DNA from: Candidatus Caldarchaeum sp. | GTDB taxonomy: Archaea > Thermoproteota > Nitrososphaeria_A > Caldarchaeales > Caldarchaeaceae | DNA length: 64,000 nt | Reading direction: 5' to 3' | Assembly: GCA_038831915.1 (NCBI GenBank) | Contig: JAWBKB010000004.1 | Span: forward strand, 1-64,000 | Shown: piece after piece, positions 10,940 to 19,874 of the stretch | How positions within the stretch are numbered: position 1 is the first letter of the stretch | Layout: the number at the start of each line of letters is the position of its first letter | Notes under the pieces: generated by a model | Told to the model about the DNA's origin: nothing | Database searches by the model: none | Seen by the model: the letters and a program-made list of their open reading frames with translations, nothing else | Position numbers and translations under genes: made by a program

Positions 10940-12082
10940 TTGCACATAGACCAGCGATGGATTCTCTTATCGTGGCTGTTCCTCGACCGTATCGTCTACA
11001 CGCTTAACTGGCTTGCGATTTCACCAGCTCAACCATTCGTCGCCTACGAATTTGGGCTGGGCCTCACATCACTCGGATTCCTCGGCACAATTTTTCTCAT
11101 AGGCATCGGCGTCTTCCAACTTCCCGCAGCAGTCCTTGCAACCAAATATGGGGCCCGAAAAATCGCGCTGATTGGATTGCTTATGTCATCTTTATTCGCG
11201 GGCCTCTGTGGGCTCGCGCCCAACTTTGAAACATTACTCGTTTTCCGGTTTCTAACAGGTGTTTTTCTCAGCTTTTTCTTCGGCCCGGGCATAATGTTTT
11301 TCACCCCTCTTTTTGGAACGAAAGAAAGAGGTTTCGCGCTGGGAATTTACAACGCCGGGTTCCACATGGGAACCCTGATCGCCATAGGCTTTTGGCCCAT
11401 AGTTATTTCTCTTGTCGGATGGCGAAACGGATTGCTGATTCCGGGAATTCTCGGAATTCTTTTGACAGCGTCAACCTACCGTGCGTCCCTCTGGGTTCAC
11501 GAGCCTCCCAGCTCGTCGGACTTCGGGTTGTCAACGGCTAAAAATTCAGTTGTCCTTGCATCAGCTCTGGGCCTTGGTGTTGCAGGTGCTGCATGGTATC
11601 CACTCACGCAGTTCGGAATCTTTTACTTAAATTCCGAGAAGAACCTTGGATTCGAAACAGCCGGCCTACTCATATCCATACTTTCGGTGGGAAGCGTTGT
11701 CGGAGCACCTGTAATAGGGCGAATTTTTGACTTGACATCAAGCCGGAAAAGACTCCTCTACGTTCTAAGCCTGATGAGCGCTTTCTCATTATTCTTATTT
11801 GCTTTTTCCCCTGTGTTGCTAATTCCGGCTGTGATGTTTTCGGTTGGATTTTTCTACACCGGGTTAAACAGCCTTCTCTACGTCGCACCTTTGACGGTTC
11901 TTTCGGAAAACAAAGTCGCTGTCGCGGTCGCAACAGTCAATTGTGTGCATCTCATCGCGGCTTCAACCATTCCATACATTTTTGCAAACGTCGTCGAAAC
12001 GCAGGGGTATCTGTGGGGTTGGGCAGCAATGTCCGCGCTGTGTCTCACGGCAGCGATATTTATCAAGGCGCTCAAGCTTTAA
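10940..12082 (+). CDS. MFS transporter
   Basis: About 12 hydrophobic segments with MFS-like loop motifs (ATKYGARK, ERGFALG). Confidence 0.85.
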   Translation: MHIDQRWILLSWLFLDRIVYTLNWLAISPAQPFVAYEFGLGLTSLGFLGTIFLIGIGVFQLPAAVLATKYGARKIALIGLLMSSLFAGLCGLAPNFETLLVFRFLTGVFLSFFFGPGIMFFTPLFGTKERGFALGIYNAGFHMGTLIAIGFWPIVISLVGWRNGLLIPGILGILLTASTYRASLWVHEPPSSSDFGLSTAKNSVVLASALGLGVAGAAWYPLTQFGIFYLNSEKNLGFETAGLLISILSVGSVVGAPVIGRIFDLTSSRKRLLYVLSLMSAFSLFLFAFSPVLLIPAVMFSVGFFYTGLNSLLYVAPLTVLSENKVAVAVATVNCVHLIAASTIPYIFANVVETQGYLWGWAAMSALCLTAAIFIKALKL

Positions 12083-12133
12083 CCACTGAGAAGTGGTTAA
12101 AAATCTAAATACGGACAAAAAGACACTATTGAC

Positions 12134-12607
12134 ATGGACGTTTTCACGGCCGCTGAAGAAATCATGGAAAACGCACTCGTTTCGGTGTTAAGCTATCGAA
12201 CACAGTCGGGCAGGATATCCAGCCATCCCATGTTACCGCTCTACAGCCGTGAACGGAAAAAGCTTTACATGACGTCCAGCATTCTTTTCAGCAAAAAAGC
12301 CGAACACATCAAGAAAAACCCCAAAGTCGGAGTGTTGTTCAGCGGTCGCCAATTCATCAAGTTACCGAGTTATTCAGCTCTTCACCTAAAGGGCGACGCC
12401 CGAGTCATCGAAGACGATTTGCATGACGGCTGGAGCTGGTTGGTGGAGCTTTGGAGGAAAAAAGAGCCTTACATCGAATCATTCATCAAGCAGCGAGTAG
12501 CTCTACCTCTTTTCTGGGAACGTGTGATAATCGAAATAACACCGCGTGAAATGCTTCTCTGGAAAAACGGTGTCCTCCGTAACGAGCCGTTGAGGTGGAA
12601 AGCATGA
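12134..12607 (+). CDS. Pyridoxamine 5'-phosphate oxidase-like split-barrel flavin/F420-binding protein
   Basis: SKKAEHIKKNPKVGVLF and LKGDARVIED are typical of the PNPOx/FDOR fold. Confidence 0.75.
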   Translation: MDVFTAAEEIMENALVSVLSYRTQSGRISSHPMLPLYSRERKKLYMTSSILFSKKAEHIKKNPKVGVLFSGRQFIKLPSYSALHLKGDARVIEDDLHDGWSWLVELWRKKEPYIESFIKQRVALPLFWERVIIEITPREMLLWKNGVLRNEPLRWKA

Positions 12608-13923
12608 CAACAGAAATCTCTCTGGAAGAATACAGCGACATAGTAGTTTCTTATCTTGATGACGACGGATATCCCGTGAGTTATTCAACCACCGCTCGCA
12701 TGGAGGATGGAAAACTTGTCGTCGAAAAGCCCGCAGGTCTCAACCCTAAAAAGCAGATGACTGTCGTCCTTAACCACATAACGCCGTTGCCAACCGGCGG
12801 ATACACCGACCGTAGATACGTCACTATGATAGGTGAAGCGGAAATACGCGATGACACAGTCGTGTTCAAACCTGCTAAAACTTATGGATGGAACGAGAAA
12901 ACCAAGCCCTTCTTCCAATACTGCGAAGAAAACGTGCCGCAAGCTAAACAATATCTATCAAACCTGAGCAAAGCGTTGGGAAGAGAGATTAAAGCCCGGC
13001 TTCCCACGTCGCAGCTTCTCTTCAGGGCGACTCGTTTCCCGTTTCTTACAGCTACCGCTGGGCCTGTGTTGGTTGGCGTCGGCTCAGCCGCCTATCTCGG
13101 GTTCTTCGACCCGATCCTGTTCCTTCTCACCATCATAGGGGCCAGCCTCATACATCTCGCCCTCAACATGACTAACGACTATTTTGACGCCAAACTCGGA
13201 GCCGACGAAGCCAACATAACGCCAACCCCATTCAGCGGAGGCTCGCGAATCATTCAGTATGGGCTCTTGACACCGAAACAAGTTGCAGGCATGGCGACGC
13301 TATTCTACGTCGTGGGGATCGTGATTGGTCTGTATTTGGCGATTCAACGGGGCTTGGTTCCAATTCTCGCGGTAATGGGGGTAGGTGTTTTCATCAGCTA
13401 TGCATACACCGCCCCACCGTTTAAGCTCGCTTACCGAGGATTGGGTGAAATAGCTGTCGGAATCGGGTTCGGGCCAATAGTTGTTCTCGGAAGCCATTAC
13501 GTCCAAACACAATTCTTCTCTATTGAAGCACTGCTCGCGTCAATACCGGTCGGCATCATGATAGCCCTGATACTTTACGTAAACGAAATCCCTGATTCAC
13601 CCTACGACGCGGCCGCGGGAAAACGAACACTTGTCACAAGGCTTTCAAAGGAAAGCGTGATAAAGCTTTACAAAGCTCTGCTAACAGCCAGCTATGTGTC
13701 GGTCGTCATACCGGTTGTTCTTGGCTTCTCTCCACCAACCGCGTTGATGGCGTTGTTGACAATTCCGAAAGCCGTTAAAACCGTCAAACTTGTTCGAGAA
13801 ACATACGGTAGTCCGTACTTAATGATACCTGCCCTCGCGTCAAACGTCCAAGTCGCAACAAACACAGGGTTCCTGCTCGCCGCTGGATTTTTCCTCTGGG
13901 CTGCGATAAACTTCCTGCTTTAG
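12604..13923 (+). CDS. MenA-like (UbiA family) prenyltransferase with extra N-terminal split-barrel-like domain
   Basis: NDYFD, GAD, FSGGSR, YTAPPFKLAYRGLGE, NEIPD..D...GKRTL; ~140-aa soluble N-terminus (VSYLDDDGYP). Confidence 0.85.
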   Translation: MTTEISLEEYSDIVVSYLDDDGYPVSYSTTARMEDGKLVVEKPAGLNPKKQMTVVLNHITPLPTGGYTDRRYVTMIGEAEIRDDTVVFKPAKTYGWNEKTKPFFQYCEENVPQAKQYLSNLSKALGREIKARLPTSQLLFRATRFPFLTATAGPVLVGVGSAAYLGFFDPILFLLTIIGASLIHLALNMTNDYFDAKLGADEANITPTPFSGGSRIIQYGLLTPKQVAGMATLFYVVGIVIGLYLAIQRGLVPILAVMGVGVFISYAYTAPPFKLAYRGLGEIAVGIGFGPIVVLGSHYVQTQFFSIEALLASIPVGIMIALILYVNEIPDSPYDAAAGKRTLVTRLSKESVIKLYKALLTASYVSVVIPVVLGFSPPTALMALLTIPKAVKTVKLVRETYGSPYLMIPALASNVQVATNTGFLLAAGFFLWAAINFLL

Positions 13924-13962
13924 CAAAGCTATAAATGATTCGCTAAGAACCCTTCTTCGAAC

Positions 13963-15039
13963 ATGGCGAGAAAGAAATCGGCGGCTAAGCCTGCCTATGT
14001 TGGTTCTTTATTTGGTAAGGACTTTCTGAACACCAACGATTTCAGCCAAGAAGAAATTAGTCGAATCTTGAAGGCCGCGAGAGACCTCCGTGACCGATAC
14101 CGTGCGAGAAAACCCACCGAATTTCTGAAAAACCAGACGTTGTTCATGCTTTTCTACAACAGGTCTCTGCGAACCCGTAACTCCTTTGAAGCAGGTATCT
14201 ATCAGCTGGGAGGACACGCGCATTTCCTCAGCCCTTCAGATGTCTACACGCCCACACTGCCTGAAGACATGATTCCGTATCAAACCGAGTCGATAGCGGA
14301 TGTCGCAAGAGTCCTCAGCACCTATGGAGACGCCATAGCCGTAAGAATATACGGTGACGCGGCAAAATGGCATATCGGCCGTGGCCACAGAGTTATTCAG
14401 GAGTTTGCGAAATGGGCTACCATACCGGTGCTCAACATGGAAGACGACATCTATCATCCGTTTCAAGCTCTTGCTGACATGATGGCGATTACCGACGTAG
14501 CTCCTAAACCTCAGGGAAAGAAATTCGTGGTTTCCTACGCGTATTCGGGAGGGCTTAAGCCGTTGGCTGTCCCACAGAGCTGCATATTGATTGGAACACA
14601 GTTCGGCATGGATGTTGTTTTGGCACATCCGCCGGGCTTCGAACTCGAAGACCACGTCATACAGGCATGCAGGGAGAATGTCGAACAATACGGAGGGTCG
14701 TTCACAATTGTCCACGACATGAAAGAAGCGTTTGAAGGAGCTGACTTTGTCTATCCGAAGGCATGGTCTCCGAAGAAATTCTTCCCACCCTACAACACGA
14801 CAGTAGACAAAGAGGGTGCAACAAAATATCAGGACCAGTTCAAAAACTGGATAACAACGCCCGAACTGATGGATTTGACTAACAAAGGAAAATACATGCA
14901 CTGCGGACCAGCCGACCGAGGACAAGAGGTTATGGACGAAGTTATCGACAGCCCTGTTTATTCGCTTTACTTCCAGCAGGCTGAAAACAGGCTTCACGTC
15001 CAGAAAGCAGTCATGGCTATGACGATGGGGCGGAAATGA
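13963..15039 (+). CDS. YgeW-like carbamoyltransferase (ATCase/OTCase superfamily)
   Basis: SLRTR, HPFQALAD, YAYSGGLKPLAVPQS (compare YgeW WAYSPSYGKPLSVPQG), VYPKAW, YMHCGPAD. Confidence 0.85.
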   Translation: MARKKSAAKPAYVGSLFGKDFLNTNDFSQEEISRILKAARDLRDRYRARKPTEFLKNQTLFMLFYNRSLRTRNSFEAGIYQLGGHAHFLSPSDVYTPTLPEDMIPYQTESIADVARVLSTYGDAIAVRIYGDAAKWHIGRGHRVIQEFAKWATIPVLNMEDDIYHPFQALADMMAITDVAPKPQGKKFVVSYAYSGGLKPLAVPQSCILIGTQFGMDVVLAHPPGFELEDHVIQACRENVEQYGGSFTIVHDMKEAFEGADFVYPKAWSPKKFFPPYNTTVDKEGATKYQDQFKNWITTPELMDLTNKGKYMHCGPADRGQEVMDEVIDSPVYSLYFQQAENRLHVQKAVMAMTMGRK

Positions 15040-16067
15040 AAACCGGCGAAGACATCTTAGACATCATAGGCAACACCCCGCTTCTACGTCTCCGAAACAT
15101 AGAGAAAAAACACGGCCTAACAGCCGAACTGTGGGCGAAACTCGAATTCTACAACCCATCCGGAAGCCTCAAAGACAGAATTTACCGCGAAATGATAACC
15201 AAAGCCATCGAAAGAGGCGACCTGAGGCCCGGAATGGAAATTCTTGAAGTTTCGACGGGCAACGCTGGAATCGCGTGTTCATTCGTAGGAACTCATATTG
15301 GATATCGAGTGACGATAGTTATGCCGGAGGGAATGAGCGAGGAGAGGAAGCAGCTCATCAAGGCCTTTGGCGGAAATCTTGTTTTTACCCCTGGGGCGGA
15401 AAGCGACGTCGACCTCAGCCTTCGGAAAGCTGAAGAAATGATGAAGCAGCACCCGGGAAAGTATTGGTTTCCAAACCAGTTCACCAACCCCGACAACGTT
15501 CAGGCCCATATCAAAACAACAGGTCCAGAAATATGGGAGCAGACTAAAGGAACCGTGGATTGTTTCGTGATGTCGCAGGGTTCCGGCGGAACTGTTAGCG
15601 GTGTTGGAAAATTCCTTAAAGAGAAGAAGCCAAGTGTGAAAATTTATACAGTTGAACCGGCTGAAGCGCCGATAATAAGCGAAGGGCTATGGGGTTCTCA
15701 CAAAATTGAAGGCATTGGAGATGGGTTCATTCCACGCAACCTCGACCTCTCCATATGCGATGGAGTAGTAACTACGACTTCTGATGAAGCCATAGAAACG
15801 GCGAGAGAACTGGCCCGCATGGAAGGAATATTTGCAGGAATTTCAACGGGCTGCAACATCGCTGCAGCGGTCAAAGTTGCCAAAAAGCATCCCCACATCA
15901 GGAAAATAGTCACTCTCGTATGTGATTCAGGCAACAGATATCTGTCCACAGAGCTCTATGGGCCAGGTAAAAAGCATGTCGAGATTCCCGAAAGGGAGCA
16001 TTCGCTAGACGACTATACTTTGGAGATGCGGAAAAAACACGCGGGTCGTCTCGAGATTATAAGGTGA
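15036..16067 (+). CDS. PLP-dependent cysteine-synthase-family enzyme
   Basis: IGNTPL, NPSGSLKDR, STGNAG, QGSGGT, HKIEGIG. Confidence 0.9.
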   Translation: MKTGEDILDIIGNTPLLRLRNIEKKHGLTAELWAKLEFYNPSGSLKDRIYREMITKAIERGDLRPGMEILEVSTGNAGIACSFVGTHIGYRVTIVMPEGMSEERKQLIKAFGGNLVFTPGAESDVDLSLRKAEEMMKQHPGKYWFPNQFTNPDNVQAHIKTTGPEIWEQTKGTVDCFVMSQGSGGTVSGVGKFLKEKKPSVKIYTVEPAEAPIISEGLWGSHKIEGIGDGFIPRNLDLSICDGVVTTTSDEAIETARELARMEGIFAGISTGCNIAAAVKVAKKHPHIRKIVTLVCDSGNRYLSTELYGPGKKHVEIPEREHSLDDYTLEMRKKHAGRLEIIR

Positions 16068-16073
16068 TAAGCT

Positions 16074-16574
16074 ATTTCGTCCCTCAGCTACGATGATAAG
16101 AACGGCGTCATTTACGATAACTTTCTCGGTGGTAGAGTTTTTCTGCTGTCAGCTAAACTTGTCGGCGAAATGCGGTATCTTCTCGCCGGATCAACTTCTA
16201 CAGCCGCGGCAGATACTCTGCTATGGCACATCGGCAACAAGTACGGCCGTGCACTAGCTGGACGAACCAAGGAACTGGGCAAAACAGCTGACGAAAGTAT
16301 GGCGATCTTAGCGCTCGCTGCGCAAAAATCCGGCTGGGGCAGAATAATTCTCGAAAACCGTCTACAGCTTGATGAAACCATAAAAGTTTTCTTCGAAAAC
16401 TGCGCATTCTGCGAAGGGTTGCACGGTGAAAACTCTCCATCATGCTATTTTTTGGCGGGAATTTTATCGGGAATTGCTCAGCGATTGTTCGGTGAAGAAT
16501 TTTCGGCCCGTGAAACGGAATGCCGAGCAGTCGGAGGCAATTCATGCGTTTTTTCCGTTGCAAAGTTTAAGTGA
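16074..16574 (+). CDS. V4R domain protein; first ATG at 16170 but frame is open from 16071
   Basis: SGWG, NCAFC, SCYFLAGILSG, ETECRAVGGNSCVF. Confidence 0.85.
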   Translation: MSSLSYDDKNGVIYDNFLGGRVFLLSAKLVGEMRYLLAGSTSTAAADTLLWHIGNKYGRALAGRTKELGKTADESMAILALAAQKSGWGRIILENRLQLDETIKVFFENCAFCEGLHGENSPSCYFLAGILSGIAQRLFGEEFSARETECRAVGGNSCVFSVAKFK

Positions 16575-16580
16575 TTCAGC

Positions 16581-17837
16581 TTGACGTTTGTTGAAAAACT
16601 GGTTTGCTCGAGATGCGGCGAAGTCTACGACCCAGTGGAAAGTCCAGTGATGTGCCGGAAAAAAGACATGGGCAGGCTCGACATTATCTACGACTATGAC
16701 TGTGTGGCCAGGTCTTTCACACGTTCAAGCTTGGAGACGAGACCGCACATAGGTGTTTGGCGCTTCTGGGAGCTCATGCCTGTCGACAAAAAATACAGAT
16801 CAACACTGTCAGAGGGAAACACAGCTCTGCTCAAAGCTGAAAGGCTTGGAAAACAAATCGGTCTGAAAAACCTGTTTCTTAAAGACGAAACACGCAATCC
16901 AACCGCTTCATTCAAAGACCGCGCCATGGCCGTGGGTGCGGCCAAGGCGTTTGAAACTGCGAGAAAGCAGGTTGTTATTGCTTCCAGCGGAAACGCGGCT
17001 TCGTCTCTAGCTGCTTACAGTGCTTCGTTGGGCCTCAGTTGCACGGCTTTCGTGCCCGAAGACGTGGCTATGGGGAAGGCCTCTCAGCTTCTTCTCTATG
17101 GTGCCAGAGTTGTGCGAGTTAAGCAGGTCGAAGAAGGCCGCGACCCTACCGTTGACCTCATGCTGCAAACGGTGGAAAAGCTGGGATGGTATCCGTGTCC
17201 GAGCTTCGGCCCGTTCAACCCCTACCAAGTTGAAGGCCCAAAAACAATCGTATACGAAGTGGTGATGCAAATGAACTGGCAGCCGCCGGACTTTATTTTC
17301 ATCCCGACAGGCTCGGGATGTCTCGCGACTGGAATTTGGAAAGGCTTGAAAGACCTCAAAACCCTCGGTTTAATAGATCATTATCCGAAAATCGTGCCGG
17401 TTCAGCCTGAGGGAAACATGGCTCTTACACGGGCTATAAAGCAGGGTAAGAAATTCGAGGAAATCGAGCCCGAAAAATGGTCCAAGTCGATCGCGTCCGG
17501 ACTGCTCGACCCGTTTCCATGGGACGGCGACGCTGTACTTGAAGGTGTTAAAGCAACCGGTGGCACAGCTGAATCAGTCAGCGAAGACGAAATTCGGGAT
17601 TCGATGACAAAGCTTGCACGTCTCGAAGGAGTGTTTTCGGAGCCTTCAGGAGCAGTCGGAGTTGCCGCGGCTGAAAAACTTCTACAGCATGGAGTAGTCG
17701 ACCCTTCAGATGACGTAGTCGTCCTCGTCACAGGCTCTGGGCTCAAGGAGCCTGAAAAAATCACAGCGCATACGACCATTCCGTTGACAACGCCTGACAT
17801 CGACCAGTTTCTCAAGCTGCTGAATTTGTCTGTTTGA
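16581..17837 (+). CDS. Threonine-synthase-like PLP enzyme (fold type II)
   Basis: CSRC knuckle, EGNT, NPTASFKDR, SSGNAA, PTGSG, EPSGA, TGSGLK. Confidence 0.9.
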   Translation: MTFVEKLVCSRCGEVYDPVESPVMCRKKDMGRLDIIYDYDCVARSFTRSSLETRPHIGVWRFWELMPVDKKYRSTLSEGNTALLKAERLGKQIGLKNLFLKDETRNPTASFKDRAMAVGAAKAFETARKQVVIASSGNAASSLAAYSASLGLSCTAFVPEDVAMGKASQLLLYGARVVRVKQVEEGRDPTVDLMLQTVEKLGWYPCPSFGPFNPYQVEGPKTIVYEVVMQMNWQPPDFIFIPTGSGCLATGIWKGLKDLKTLGLIDHYPKIVPVQPEGNMALTRAIKQGKKFEEIEPEKWSKSIASGLLDPFPWDGDAVLEGVKATGGTAESVSEDEIRDSMTKLARLEGVFSEPSGAVGVAAAEKLLQHGVVDPSDDVVVLVTGSGLKEPEKITAHTTIPLTTPDIDQFLKLLNLSV

Positions 17838-17868
17838 GGTTTTTATTACGGAATGAGTAGTGTGGGTT

Positions 17869-18825
17869 ATGGCTAGCGGAGAGCTTATCGTGATTGCTTT
17901 AGGTGGAAACGCGTTGCTTAGACGCGGTGACAAAGGCAGTTTCGAAGAACAATACCGAAACGTTCAGAACGCAGCCAAATATCTCGCCGACATCGTCGAA
18001 GCCGGTCACAAACTCGTCATCACTCATGGAAACGGGCCTCAAGTGGGTGCGACACTTCTGCGACACGACGCCGGCCAGAAAATACATGGTATTCCCGCCT
18101 TCCCGATGGATGCCTGCGGAGCGGAAACTCAGGGATTCATCGGATACATCATTCAGCAAAACCTCCGCAACGAACTCAAACGCCGGAGCATAGACAAATA
18201 CGTAATAACTGTGGTGACAAGGGTCATCGTCGATAAGGACGACCCAGCTTTCAAAAATCCAACAAAACCAATAGGCCCGTTCTACACAAAAGAAGAAATG
18301 GAAAAAATCAAGGCTGAACATCCCGAGTATATCTTCGTAGAGGATAAGGCTCGCGGAGGCTGGCGTAGGGTAGTGCCGTCGCCTGACCCCAAAATTATCG
18401 CGGAAAGATTCGCAGTCAAAAAGCTCGTAGATGAAGGCTTCATCGTCGTAGCGAGCGGCGGAGGAGGCATTCCCATAATCGAGGAAAACGGCCGCGCTAG
18501 TGGGGTTGAAGCGGTCATCGACAAGGACTTGGCGGGAGAAAAACTCGCCGAACTAATCAAAGCCGACCGATTCATCATATTGACGGACGTTGACGGAGCT
18601 TACATCAACTATGGAAAACCAGACCAGAAAAGACTTGAAAAAGTTACCGCAAAAGAGGCGAGGAAATATCTTGAGGAGGGGCATTTCGGCTCGGGTTCGA
18701 TGCTGCCCAAGGTTCTCGCCTGCATAAGATTCGTGGAATCCGGTGGAAAAGAAGCCATTATCGCAGAGCTTTCACAGCTAAAGGAAGCGTTCGCAGGAAA
18801 AGCCGGAACACATTTTGTCGCATAA
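17869..18825 (+). CDS. arcC: Carbamate kinase
   Basis: ALGGNAL, HGNGPQVG, PTKPIGPFY, RRVVPSP, GGGGIP, VIDKD, GSMLPK. Confidence 0.97.
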   Translation: MASGELIVIALGGNALLRRGDKGSFEEQYRNVQNAAKYLADIVEAGHKLVITHGNGPQVGATLLRHDAGQKIHGIPAFPMDACGAETQGFIGYIIQQNLRNELKRRSIDKYVITVVTRVIVDKDDPAFKNPTKPIGPFYTKEEMEKIKAEHPEYIFVEDKARGGWRRVVPSPDPKIIAERFAVKKLVDEGFIVVASGGGGIPIIEENGRASGVEAVIDKDLAGEKLAELIKADRFIILTDVDGAYINYGKPDQKRLEKVTAKEARKYLEEGHFGSGSMLPKVLACIRFVESGGKEAIIAELSQLKEAFAGKAGTHFVA

Positions 18826-18830
18826 ATTTT

Positions 18831-19850
18831 TTAAGTTTTTCCCGCCACCAGGGCTAGAATGGCCGCTCTTACGTATAAAAGGTTTTCAGCCTGGTCATAG
18901 ATAACGCTTCGAGGCCCATCCATCACGTCGTCGTCAGCTTCCTGTCCGCGGAACACAGGAAGAACATGTGTCACGATACCATGCTTCGACATCAGGTCGG
19001 TTAGCTGCTTGGTCAGTTTCCAGTCGCGGTATTTGTTGTGCAGCTCGATTTCTTTTTCTCTTCCGAACCTGTTCATACCGACTACGACGCATTCGTGGCT
19101 GGCCCAGCTGCGTGGAAACACGGCGTCTGCATCCCGAAGAGCTTCCTGGTAATCATGTGAAATAGTGAGCGATCCGCCGCTTTCCTCCGCGTTCTGCTTA
19201 GCTAGCTTAACAAGGTTCTCATCTATGTCGAAACCAGGTGGATAAGCGAGTACTACATCCATGCCGAATCGTGTTGCGATTAGCATTTCGTCCTGTATGC
19301 TTCCCCAGCTTCTTATTTTGTCGCTGTAAGTCCACATCAACACGTATTTCTTTTTCTCGATTTTGCCCAGCTTCTCCTTCAAGGTATAGAGGTCGGTGAT
19401 CGCTTGGCTCGGATGAAACATGTCGTCCGCCATATTGATGACGGGTATTTTCGCGTGTTCAGCATATTCTCTTACGACCGCGTTTCCTCTGCCATAGACA
19501 TAATCGACGGCGGATTCGAGAATCCTCACGCCTAGAACATGTCCAAGCCTTTCATACATCTTCGCGATGTCTTTCACAGATTCTCCTTCAGCCCCGCGTG
19601 TTGTTGCGAAATCGATGAACTGGGCGTGGCCGCCCAGCATAGTCGCCGCGGCCTCGAAACTAGCTCTTGTCCTCGTGCTGGTGTTGTAGAAAAGCATGAA
19701 CATCGTCCTGTTTTTGAAAAGCTCAGGTACATCGCCGACCGCTCTCCGTATTTTCAGTGATCTCGCCAGCTCCATTGTTGCGTTGATCTCTTCGATGCTC
19801 CAGTCCTGTGACGAGATGAGGTCTCTGCCAGAGAGCTCTGTCAGAGTCAT
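18831..19850 (-). CDS. Second, divergent YgeW-type carbamoyltransferase
   Basis: STRTR, HPSQAITD, MWTYSDKIRSWGSIQD, VFPRSW, HVLP in place of HCLP. Confidence 0.85.
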   Translation of the reverse strand: MTLTELSGRDLISSQDWSIEEINATMELARSLKIRRAVGDVPELFKNRTMFMLFYNTSTRTRASFEAAATMLGGHAQFIDFATTRGAEGESVKDIAKMYERLGHVLGVRILESAVDYVYGRGNAVVREYAEHAKIPVINMADDMFHPSQAITDLYTLKEKLGKIEKKKYVLMWTYSDKIRSWGSIQDEMLIATRFGMDVVLAYPPGFDIDENLVKLAKQNAEESGGSLTISHDYQEALRDADAVFPRSWASHECVVVGMNRFGREKEIELHNKYRDWKLTKQLTDLMSKHGIVTHVLPVFRGQEADDDVMDGPRSVIYDQAENLLYVRAAILALVAGKT

Positions 19851-19874
19851 GGGTGTTGTTGTGTTTGCGAGGAT

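Noticed and set aside
13963-18825. Arginine deiminase pathway (arcABC)
   Set aside because: No arginine deiminase in the window; the carbamoyltransferases lack the OTC SMG/HCLP motifs and the context is purine-related
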